Origin: Macrostomum lignano
Taxonomy: Eukaryota
Length of the DNA stretch: 64,000 bases
Direction: 5' to 3'
NCBI GenBank assembly: GCA_002269645.1
Contig: NIVC01000059.1
Location: 1,240,001 to 1,304,000, forward strand
Shown piece by piece: positions 13,259 to 23,988 of this stretch. Position 1 is the stretch's first letter, and each line of letters starts with the position of its first letter. Position numbers and translations under genes: made by a program. The notes under the pieces were generated by a model. That model did not search any database and had not been told where the DNA came from. It saw only the letters and a list, made by a program, of their open reading frames with translations.

Positions 13259-15256
13259 CTGTCTATCTATCTGCCTGTCCTGGTGTCTGTCTGTCTATTT
13301 TAGTGTCTGTCTGCCTGTCTTAGTGTCTGTCTGTCTATTTTAGTGTCTGTCTGCCTATCTTAGTGTCTGTCTGCCTCTCTTAGTGTCTGTCTGCCTCTCT
13401 TAGTGTCTGTCTGCCTATCTTAGTGTCTGTCTGCCTATCTTAATGTTTGTCTGCCTATCTTAGTGTCTGTCTGCCTATCTTAGTGTCTGTCTGTCTATCT
13501 TAGTGTCTGTCTGTCTATCTTAGTGTCTGTCTGCCTCTCTTAGTGTCTGTCTGCCTCTCTTAGTGTCTGTCGGCCTATCTTAGTGTCTGTCTGCCTATCT
13601 TAATGTTTGTCTGCCTATCTTAGTGTCTGTCTGTCTATCTTAGTGTCTGTCTGCCTATCTTAGTGTCTGTCTGTCTATTTTAGTGTCTGTCTGCCTATCT
13701 TAGTGTCTGTCTGCCTATCTTAGTGTCTGTCTGCCTATCTTAGTGTCTGTCTGTCTATTTTAGTGTCTGTCTGCCTATCTTAGTGTCTGTCTGCCTATCT
13801 TAGTGTCTGTCTGCCTCTCTTAGTGTCTGTCTGCCTATCTTAGTGTCTGTCTGCCTCTCTTAGTGTCTGTCTGCCTATCTTAGTGTCTGTCTGCCTATCT
13901 TAGTGTCTGTCTGTCTATTTTAGTGTCTGTCTGCCTATCTTAGTGTCTGTCTGCCTATCTTAGTGTCTGTCTGCCTCTCTTAGTGTCTGTCTGCCTATCT
14001 TAGTGTCTGTCTGCCTATCTTAGTGTCTGTCTGCCTATCTTAGTGTCTGTCTGTCTATTTTAGTGTCTGTCTGCCTATCTTAGTGTCTGTCTGTCTATTT
14101 TAGTGTCTGTCTGCCTATCTTAGTGTCTGTCTGTCTATTTTAGTGTCTGTCTGTCTATTTTAGTGTCTGTCTGCCTATCTTAGTGTCTGTCTGCCTCTCT
14201 TAGTGTCTGTCTGCCTCTCTTAGTGTCTGTCTGCCTATCTTAGTGTCTGTCTGTCTATTTTAGTGTCTGTCTGCCTATCTTAGTGTCTGTCTGCCTATCT
14301 TAGTGTCTGTCTGTCTATTTTAGTGTCTGTCTGCCTATCTTAGTGTCTGTCTGCCTCTCTTAGTGTCTGTCTGCCTATCTTAGTGTCTGTCTGCCTATCT
14401 TAGTGTCTGTCTGCCTCTCTTAGTGTCTGTCTGCCTATCTTAGTGTCTGTCTGCCTATCTTAGTGTCTGTCTGTCTATTTTAGTGTCTGTCTGCCTATCT
14501 TAGTGTCTGTCTGCCTATCTTAGTGTCTGTCTGCCTCTCTTAGTGTCCTTCTGCCTATCTTAGTGTCTGTCTGCCTATCTTAGTGTCTGTCTGTCTATTT
14601 TAGTGTCTGTCTGCCTATCTTAGTGTCTGTCTGCCTATCTTAGTGTCTGTCTGCCTATCTTAGTGTCTGTCTGCCTATCTTAGTGTCTGTCTGCCTATCT
14701 TAGTGTCTGTCTGCCTGTCTTAGTGTCTGTCTGCCTATCTTAGTGTCTGTCTGCCTGTCTTAGTGTCTGTCTGCCTATCTTAGTGTCTGTCTGCCTATCT
14801 TAGTGTCTGTCTGCCTATCTTAGTGTCTGTCTGCCTATCTTAGTTTTTTGTCTGCCTATCTTAGTGTCTGTCTGTCTGTCTGTATGTAGCGTTACCTACC
14901 AGCGCAAATAAAAATACGAAAACCAAAGTAAATGTAACTTTTTCCTCTAGATTCGCGTGCTAGGTAATTCTGGCCCTACTGCCGCCGCCGCCGCCTCAGT
15001 CACACCCGCGGCAGCACCAGCCGCAATCGAAGCCGCGTCAGCTCCCGTCGTAGGTCCCTGGACGCCCGTGACGTCATCTTCATCCACAAGTTGCTCGGCT
15101 GTCTCCAGCCAACAAAAGCCGGTCAGCTCCGCCCAGCAACCGCAAATTCCTATTAAGCGACCAGCAATTGTCGAGAAGGTGCTGCCTGCTGGCTCTTTGA
15201 AGCGAAGCACGGACACTGACGATACTTGCACTTTTAAGAGCAAGCGACCAAAATAG
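9891..15256 (+). CDS. WBP4: WW domain-binding protein 4 / FBP21-like splicing factor (U1-type zinc finger plus WW domain), ~285 aa
   Basis: Exons 9891-9892 (AT of a split ATG), 9974-10046, 10148-10210, 10293-10364, 10498-10552, 11301-11510, 11598-11674, 14951-15256; all GT-AG, phases consistent, 858 nt. N-terminus MADYWKSQPKYYCTACNCYMADNKV...HEGGKNHQENVERRLKE matches the WBP4 N-terminus (MADYWKSQPKKFCDYCKCWIADN). WW domain DWRESKTADGRIYYWNTKTRETVWERP. Confidence 0.9.
10630..11160. repeat. Intronic minisatellite, ~45-bp unit (ctggtgcaccattttgttcacagcagtgctccacatcctggtcatg)
   Basis: Tandem array inside WBP4 intron 5. Confidence 0.95.
11690..14880. repeat. Intronic satellite, 20-bp TCTG-derived unit (tagtgtctgtctgcctatct), ~3.2 kb
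   Basis: Fills essentially all of WBP4 intron 7. Confidence 0.97.
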
Positions 15257-15529
15257 CTTGGAAACTATCTTCTTAACAACTCACGATTTTCCTTTGTAAA
15301 GTTTGTGTCATTTGTGTTGCTTGATTGTCTGTTTTTACCTACAAAATACATCTACGCCCAGCTGAGCATTTTATGCACTTCTCTGTTGACTAATAGTGAC
15401 ATTTACTAATAGTGACTAATAGTGGGCGTTAAAAATGGCGAGTACAATTGCTGTAAAGCATTTCTATGCAAATGATTTTCATCATTTATTATGCAGCCTC
15501 TAAAATTTCGTTGAGTCACACCCTCTTAG

Positions 15530-16690
15530 ATCCTCAGTTGCTTGGCCTCGAGCCTCCCAGATCCTCAGTTGCTGGGCCAGCCTCCCAGATCCTCAGTTGC
15601 TGGGCCAGCCTTCCAGATCCTCAGCTGCTGGGCCAGCCTCCCAGATCCTAAGTTGCTGGGCCGGCCTCCCAGATCCTCAGTTGCTGGGCCGGCCTTCCAG
15701 ATCCTCAGCTGCTGGGCCAGCCTCCCAGATCCTAAGTTGCTGGGCCGGCCTCCCAGATCCTCAGTTGCTGGGCCGGCCTCCCAGATCCCCAGTTGCTGGG
15801 CCAGCCTCCCAGATCCTCAGTTGCTGGGCCTCCAGCCTCCCAGATCCTCAGTTGCTGGGCCTCGAGCCTCCCAGATCCTCAATTGCTGGGCCTCGAGCCT
15901 TCCAGATCCTCAGTTGCTGGGCCAGCCTTCCAGATCCTCAGCTGCTGGGCCAGCCTCCCAGATCCTAAGTTGCTGGGCCGGCCTCCCAGATCCTCAGTTG
16001 CTGGGCCGGCCTTCCAGATCCTCAGCTGCTGGGCCAACCTCCCAGATCCTAAGTTGCTGGGCCGGCCTCCCAGATCCTCAGTTGCTGGGCCGGCCTCCCA
16101 GATCCCCAGTTGCTGGGCCAGCCTCCCAGATCCTCAGTTGCTGGGCCTCCAGCCTCCCAGATTCCCAGTTGCTGGGCCAGCCTCCCAGATCCTCAGTTGC
16201 TGGGCCAGCCTCCCAGATTCTCAGTTGCTGATCCCCAGTTGCTGGGCCAGCCTCCCAGATCCTCAGTTGCTAGGCCAGCCTCCCAGATCCCCAGTTGCTG
16301 GGCCAGCCTCCTAGATCCTAAGTTGCTGGGCCGGCCTCCCAGATCCTCAGTTGCTGGGCCAGCCTCCCAGATCCCCAGTTGCTGGGCCAGCCTTCCAGAT
16401 CCTCAGTTGCTGGGCCAGCCTCCCAGATTCTCAGTTGCTAGGCCAGCCTCCCAGATCCTCAGTTGCTGGGCCAGCCTCCCAGATTCTCAGTTGCTAGGCC
16501 AGCCTCCCAGATCCTCAGTTGCTGGGCCAGCCTCCCAGATCCTAAGTTGCTGGGCCAGCCTCCCAGATTCTCAGTTGCTGGGCCAGCCTCCCAGATCCTC
16601 AGTTGCTGGGCCAGCCTCCCAGATCCTAAGTTGCTGGGCCAGCCTCCCAGATTCTCAGTTGCTGGGCCAGCCTCCCAGATTCTCAGTTGC
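15530..16690. repeat. Minisatellite, ~28-bp unit (cagatcctcagttgctgggccagcctcc)
   Basis: Tandem array between the WBP4 3' end and the Mx copy A promoter. Confidence 0.95.
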
Positions 16691-17187
16691 TCTCGTTGAG
16701 TCATTTTCACTCACTCACCCACTCACTCACTCATTCACTCACTCACTCACACAATTACTCCATACATGAACCTTATCAACCATTCATTCAATAATACTGA
16801 AACAAGCATCAAAACATTGCTTAACGTCAGTTACGACTAGGGAAGGAATGGAAACAAAATCGTGTGTAGACAGACAGACCTTCTTAAGCATCTTAAAGCT
16901 TTGAGTAAAAATAACAGTTGATACAGATACACTATTGTCCAAGAGAAAAAATGATAATAATTTCCAAGAAATACCGCACGCCTTTTCTCTTGAACCTTGA
17001 AGCTTTTTAGTTAGAATCTAGGGTGTAATATTTAACAGAATGTTAAGCTATACGTTGCGGACGGCGGTCTGGGTGGAATAAATGTACGCATACTGTGCGC
17101 GCGTGCGTCTATTCATATGTACACTGTGCCGGAAAAGGGGTGGCAAGTGTCTGGGACCTGCCCGCCTGCCTGCCTGCCTCTGCCTAT

Positions 17188-17259
17188 CGTGGAATTTCCA
17201 AGAAATTCTTCTAAAAAGTCGACACCCAGCCAGATAGCACTTTGGAGAAGGCTTATAAA
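17188..17259 (+). promoter_or_regulatory. Putative Mx copy A promoter: kB-like GGAATTTCC overlapping GAS TTCCAAGAA, then TATAAA
   Basis: GGAATTTCC 17191-17199, TTCCAAGAA 17196-17204, TATAAA 17254-17259, ~110 bp before the ATG at 17370. A second TTCCAAGAA lies at ~16962-16970. Function is inferred from motifs only. Confidence 0.5.
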
Positions 17260-17369
17260 TTAGCTGGATAATTGCAGTCAATTACAGTGTAAGTGGCGTT
17301 AGAAATTCATATATTAGAAGAAAAGTGAGATAGCAACCTTTTTTCTTCTTATCTATAATAATCGAAATA

Positions 17370-18518
17370 ATGAGCGAGGCTGATACGGCAAGGTAAGGTT
17401 AATTTAGGTTTTTTCTATTTATTTAACTTAACTAATCTACAACACACTTTATTTACGTCATACGTGTGCGACTGCCTGCATAAGATAGCATAGCAGCCAA
17501 GACTGCATAGCATATTCTATTTAATTTAAATATTGCATATTAAAAGTTTTAATTTGGAATTTAGGCCCCAATAATTCATCTTGAATAGTCCCAAATGATC
17601 CCAAATAGTCCCAGCTGATTCCAAATAGTCCCAGTTGATCCCAAATAGTTCCAGATGATCCCAAATAGTCCCAGTTGATCCCAAATAGTTTCAGATGATC
17701 CCAACAGTCCTAGCTAATTCCAAATATTCCCAGATGATCTCAAATAGTCCCAATATATCCCAAAATCACCCTAAATCCCAAACTAAACCCAAATCCTCCT
17801 ACATAGTCCCCAAAAATAAAACTCCAGAGCATTCTCCAATCTTCCTACCGCACTCGGAATCCCAGATCAACTTCAAAAATCCCAAGAAATCCCACCGAAC
17901 CCCCCCAACTCCCAGCCACATGAACGGCTCCGCCGTCGGTCCTGACGGTGACGGAGGCGACCAGCACGACGAGCTGCCGGCGCTGTCCTCGGCCTTCCGC
18001 CAGCGCATCCGGCCGGTGCTGAACCGTATCGACGAGCTGCGCTCCCACGGCCTGCAGAGCGACCTCAAGCTGCCCATGGTGGCGGTGGTGGGCGACCAGT
18101 CGGTGGGCAAGTCCTCGGTGCTGGAGGCCATCTCGGGCGTGGAATTTCCCCGCGGCACCGGCATGGTCACCCGCTGCGCCCTGCAGCTGTCCATGCAGTG
18201 GAACGCCGACCCTGAGGCGCCGTGGCACGGACGCATCAGCTACAAGGACGTCAACGGGCACAAGGTGGACAAGGAGCTCAACTCGCCTGGGGAAGTGGAC
18301 GGAGCCGTGAGGGAGGCCCAGCAGCGGATGACGCACGGAGACAATGAGATCTCGAGTGAGCAGATCGACCTGGCGATCAAGGGACCGGATGTTCCCGACC
18401 TGACCCTGATTGACCTGCCAGGCATCGCCAGGTGAGACGGACAGACAGACAGACACTAAGGCAGACAGACAGACACTAAGACAGACAGACAGACACTAAG
18501 ACAGACAGACAGACAGAA

Positions 18519-18603
<85 letters not shown>

Positions 18604-18622
18604 CTAAGGCAGACAGACACTA

Positions 18623-18667
<45 letters not shown>

Positions 18668-21600
18668 CTAAGACGGACAGACAGACGGACACTAAGACAG
18701 ACAGACACATTGGGCAAAAGAAACACGGGGACAAATCAGCACATATCATATCTCATATCAGATGAACGCAATGACCCCCGCACCCTCAGGTACTCTGCCA
18801 CAGGCGGTTCTGGCATCGCTCAGATCACCAAGTCGCTCATCGCCAAGTACGTCAGCCAGCCGCAGGTGCTCATCCTGGTGGTGGTGCCGTGCCACCAGGA
18901 CATCGAGACGGTCGAGGCGCTGTCACTGGCCAAGGAGGCCGACCCGCAGGGCGAGCGCACCATCGGGGTGCTCACGTGCCCGGACATGGTGAACAAGGGT
19001 GCGGAGCAGGAGACGCTGAAAATCGCCAACAACGAGAAGATCCCGCTGAAGAAGGGCTACGTGATGGTGAAGTGCCGCAGCCCCGAGGAGCTCAACAACG
19101 GCGTCACCCTGTCGGAGTCGGTGGCCAACGAGGCGGCCTTCTTCAAGACTCACCGGCACTTCAGCCTGCTGCCTGAGCAGTCCGTGGGCATTCGGACTCT
19201 GGCGGACAAGCTGACCGAGGAGCTGTTTGAGTCCGTGAAGAGGAACATCAGCACGCTGCAGAATGACATCCTGGTGAGGGAGTGAACAGGGATTCTTCAG
19301 AATTCTGGGTGTTCTGATCCCCAGGCTCTCGAGTGCTGAGGTCCTGATCCCCAGGCTCTCGAGTGCTGAGGTCCTGATCCCCAGACTCTCGTGTGCTGAG
19401 GTCCTGATCCCCAGACTTCTGTGTGCTGAGGTCCTGATCCCCAGACTCTCGTGTGCTGAGGTCCTGATCCCCAGACTCTCGTGTGCTGAGGTCCTGATCC
19501 CCAGACTTCTGTGTGCTGAGGTCCTGATCCCCAGACTCTCGTGTGCTGAGGTCCTGATCCCCAGGCTCTCGAGTGCTGAGGTCCTGATCCCCAGGCTCTC
19601 GTGTGCTGAGGTCCTGATCCCCAGACTCTCGTGTGCTGAGGTCCTGATCCCCAGGCTCTCGAGTGCTGAGGTCCTGATCCCCAGGCTCTCGAGTGCTGAG
19701 GTCCTGATCCCCAGGCTCTCGTGTGCTGAGGTCCTGATCCCCAGGCTCTCGAGTGCTGAGGTCCTGATCCCCAGGCTCTCGTGTGCTGAGGTCCTGATCC
19801 CCAGACTCTCGTGTGCTGAGGTCCTGATCCCCAGGCTCTCGAGTGCTGAGGTCCTGATCCCCAGACTCTCGTGTGCTGAGGTCCTGATCCCCAGACTCTC
19901 GTGTGCTGAGGTCCTGATCCCCAGACTCTCGTGTGCTGAGGTCCTGATCCCCAGACTTCTGTGTGCTGAGGTCCTGATCCCCAGACTTCTGTGTGCTGAG
20001 GTCCTGATCCCCAGGCTCTCGAGTGCTGAGGTCCTGATCCCCAGACTCTCGTGCGCTGAGCAGGGTTTCTGCTTACCTGGGTGTTGTAATCCCAGAGCCG
20101 TAAAGCCTAGGAAGTCCCCACGCCAGTGACTGTCAATTGTCTGTTCAGTGGTTCTCATATCAGTCCCGACACAGCTCACCTGCCCAGTCAAGCCGTCTCA
20201 TTCCCCAAAGCTCCACACGAGAGCCTCCCTGCCTGCCCCGCAGGAGATGCGCAAGAAGTTCCAGGAGGAGCTGCAGCGTCTCGGACAACCGGTCGCCGAG
20301 ACCAAAGACGAGAAACGGCGCTACCTGTTCGAGATGCTGAGCAACTTCAACAAAGACGTTGCCATAGCAACACAGGGCGAGATGAACGCCAGGTTTCACC
20401 TGTACGCCAAGTGCAGAAAGCACTGGACAGAGTTGGGGAAGCAGATTCATAGGGCTTGGCCAGGTAAGAAATTAGATGATAAACTGGGGCGTCTGGTTGG
20501 AGAAATAGAAAGGATGTTCATTATATTTTCAACACTGTTATATTCATGTGCTCAGGCTGGGTCACTCGCGGCCACATCTCGCACTATTGGCAGCCGCCCG
20601 AGCAGGTGACCCGACTAATAACAGACCTGCGAGGTCGCGAGCTCGCCTCCTACGATCACGTGTTCCCAATAATTGAACGAATCTACAAGGAGGAGTTTCT
20701 GAACAAACTGAAGCAGCCTGCGGAACAATTTTTGGAGCAGGTTGGATGATTTTGGTTTTATCGGGAAGCTGGGGGGTGGGGTGGCAGTCGTATGGGGTCG
20801 GCCGGTCCGTGAGAGTGGCGGGGAGGGTGGTAAGCGGTCCATGGGAATTAAGGGGCGTTGGTTTATGGGGTGCGGGTTAGCGGTCTATGTGCGAAAGTAT
20901 GGGGTTGGCGGGATTCTTTTGGCAATCGCAGCTCTATTAAAATGAAGTTTCCACAAAACCAAATCAATCAAGGTATCCGACGAGGTCACAGATGTGGTGC
21001 ACCTCATTGCCCAGAAGGTTTTTGGCGACTTCCAAGACATCTTCGAGGTGGTGACGGAGACCAGCAATGAGGAGATCGCCAAGGTGCTGGAGCTGGCCAG
21101 AGCGGATCTGAGCGGACGGCTGTTTCTTCAGGAGGCGCGAGTGTTCTCGCAGGACAGCCTGTTCCAGGAGCGCATTGCAAAGATTGAGGAGGATCTTTAC
21201 AAGAACAACAGCAACCAGCAGTGAGTGAAAATGATTACGTAACTGAAATTAGATGTAGAGATATTGATTAAGACAAGGCCTTGCAGCCCTAGAGAAATAC
21301 AGTTGCATGTACAAGAAGAGAGGGCAGATTGTCTGCAAATTAGCGATGACAAGACAGAAATTCAGAAGTGTGAGAGAGGGAGAGAGAGTTCTAGCCAGCT
21401 ATCAGCGCTGATGGTGGGGCAGAGGGACAGACTTCCAGCCAGCCAATCAGCGCTGATGGTAGGGCAGAGAGACAGACTTCCAGCCAGCCAATCAGCGCTG
21501 ATGGTGGGGCAGAGGGACAGACATCCAGCCAGCCAATCAGCGCTGATGGTGGGGCAGAGGGACAGACTTCCAGCCAGCCAATCAGCGCTGATGGTAGGGC

Positions 21601-22069
21601 AGAGGGACAGACTTCCAGCCAGCTAGTCAGCGCTGATGGTGGGGCAGAGGGACAGACTTCCAGCCAGCCAATCAGCGCTGATGATGGGGCAGAGGGACAG
21701 ACTGCCTGGCAGCCAATCAGCAACCGATCAGAAAATGCCAACCCAATCCCCGTCCGCAGGCCGCCCATCCCCGACAGCGCTGAGCGAATCCGCCGCGGTC
21801 TCGACGCCTACCTGCGGGTTGCCACTGAGCGACTGAGCGACACCATCCCGCAGTCCGTTCTCTACTTCATGTTCGACGTTGTTTCTAAGCAGCTCGGCAA
21901 CCGCGCCCTCGACCTGCTGTCCGAGTCCGAGTCTGCCGAGACGTTTCTGTCGCTGCTGCGTGAGCCGCGGCACAAAACTGCGAGAAGGAAACAGCTGAAG
22001 GAGATGCTGGAGCAGCTGCGGCTGGCGCAGCGGGACTTCAACAAGTTCCGGCTGGACGTGCAGGCTTGA
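17370..22069 (+). CDS. Mx: Mx-like dynamin-family large GTPase, copy A (short N-terminus), ~661 aa
   Basis: Exons 17370-17392, 17916-18431, 18790-19273, 20244-20463, 20556-20740, 20973-21220, 21760-22069 (1986 nt, phases consistent). G1 [20 protein letters not shown]2 [11 protein letters not shown]3 LIDLPG, G4 variant TCPD, middle-domain RGREL and a C-terminal GED. No PH domain or Drp1-type insert. AATAAA at ~22129. Confidence 0.9.
19311..20060. repeat. 30-bp VNTR in Mx copy A intron 3 (gtgtgctgaggtcctgatccccagactctc), ~25 units
   Basis: Tandem array; the inverted counterpart at ~28800-29426 is 4 units shorter. Confidence 0.95.
21400..21725. repeat. 45-bp CCAAT-containing tandem repeat in Mx copy A intron 6
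   Basis: Unit agccaatcagcgctgatggtggggcagagggacagacttccagcc, ~7 copies; related copies at ~26590-26700 and ~27370-27470. Confidence 0.9.
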
Positions 22070-22418
22070 GGTGTAATTGAGTCAGAAGCGGCTCAATTTT
22101 CTGTTGTAACGTCACTTGAAAACTTCTGAATAAACTCTATAAGAACTGGAATGCACTTTGGCTGGCTACCCCATTGTCGGTGCTTTTTCCGAAATTATGC
22201 AACAGTTTTTTTGTGTTTTTAGGCTTCTATTTCAGCTTATTGCCTATTTCTTAAGCTGTTGTGCCAACCAATAGTTCAGTGCTATCGAACTTTTAAGCGC
22301 CTGTGTGTCTCTTTGAATTACACTGTTCCAGTTTAAATTACAAAGATATTGGTCATTTTCAAATAATTCTGACAATGCGTTTTTATACTTCGTTTTTTAC
22401 TGAGGACACTGACGTGAT

Positions 22419-23988
22419 GGGCGGGGGGGCGGTTGTCACCGACTAGTGACTGACTGACTATGACTTTTCGGCGATCAGAACTCTCTCGGAGTCACGACAC
22501 GCTTGGTTGACGGTCTGGCAGGGTGTCCAATTGCTTAGAAATGAACTAAAACTTTGAAGAAGCTAAATTTAGCAACAGGCGGTCGTAAAGTCGAAAATAG
22601 AAAAGAGAATTAAGGTACGATAAACCGAGGCGAGGGCCAGACTTTATATTTAAAGTAATCAACTGGACCTCTACATCCGCCACGCGCACGGAGAGGCCTA
22701 AAATATCGATCGTGCTGCTCGTGCAAATACTATACGCTCTAAATAGATCGTACACACAACAGGAAAAGTAAAACGGCCCAATTGGGGGCAACTAAACGCA
22801 AAATTACATATATAAGAGGAAATAGGAATTAATACGATTTTTTGTCAGTTTATGCATAAATCAGACGCAGGGTGCTCAACAAAACGGCTCAAGGTGTTGA
22901 ATTTCCGCTTCTAGATACTCTGCAAGTCTTACGGTCAACGCGAAACAAGTAAAATAGTATATGTGTTAATGTGTACCCTTCATCAGCACAACCGCAGAAG
23001 TTGAAAATAGCCTTCAACGGACGTCGGTCTAAGTCCATGCAGCATCAGGTACATCCCCGCCGCTGGACTGGTCCCCTGAAAAGGCGGAGTTTCTTCAGCA
23101 GAAGGGCTCCAATACAGGCCCTTAATTCGACGAAGATCCGAGCGTGTCACTATAGGGATTAGGAATTAGCAAATAATAAGCGTCATTAAAAGGTCGTCAA
23201 AGGTAAAGCGAAAGTTAAAAGACTGGAAACAGAACTTAGAGATAAGACAGCTAAGTAAAAGAAATTAAAAGAACAGCTAGAAAGTGAAATAAATTATAGA
23301 TACGATAAGAAGTTAACTTTCACCTTTCCCCAAGATTTCAGACCAAGCGAGATAACATTAAAGTCAGCCGAGATACCAGGCAGAGTCAGTCGGCGCGGTG
23401 CCAGGAGAAGCGATACGGCAAGATACCCCGACTGGCGGGCGAGACAGAGCAATGGCCAACAGGCAAGGTCAGCGGTGATGTACGTGGATCTGCCCAGGGA
23501 GCAAAAGCACGACTCACCGAGGGATGCACGGGTGGTCTGACGTGCGAACAATATTCGAATACTGAACCCTGGACTGACCTTTAACCATCGCCTGATGCGA
23601 CCAACTAACAGATATCAAATTATCTCTCTCGCCCCGTAGCAACGCGCTAATCTAATGTTACTGCGTCTGTTCTGGCACCCCGCCGTTGCTAATCAGCGGC
23701 GGGGGATGACGTGTATCAAAAGATTTATAAAATAGACACGGCCTCGGCCCCGAAATGGGCAACGTGCGCAGAGACTTTAATTCTATAGCCTGGGCTCCAG
23801 TGAAGCTCACCAATAAATCTAAAGACTCATATTTGTTATTTGGGCTACAGGCACGAGTCATAAGCAGCCAAGTAGCGATCTCCTTTGTAAGCTCTCTTAG
23901 GCTTCGAGGACAGTGGAAGCAATAGAACAAACCGCTAGACGACCAAGAAAGAGAGAAGCATAGCCGGAGACCTAAGAGAAGTCTTACA
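22419..23988 (+). mobile_element. Probable Ty3/Gypsy 3' end: polypurine tract plus ~1.55-kb LTR (TGT...ACA)
   Basis: tgaggacac...gggcggggggggcggt (PPT-like, 22419-22432) directly precedes TGTCAC at 22434, and the segment ends TTACA at 23988. Internal TATA-like tttataaaa (~23724) and AATAAA (~23813). No TSD, second LTR or pol sequence is visible. Confidence 0.45.

Noticed and set aside
17695-17915. ORF-track N-terminus [10 protein letters not shown]... of the Mx GTPase exon (and 30721-30941 in copy B)
   Set aside because: This is intronic 20-bp repeat and low-complexity DNA. A cccag acceptor at 17915/30721 and phase-matched upstream start exons give a better model.
17799-19176. Overlapping antisense and alternate-frame ORFs across Mx and MAP4K exons
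   Set aside because: Expected shadow ORFs of GC-rich coding DNA with no independent motifs.
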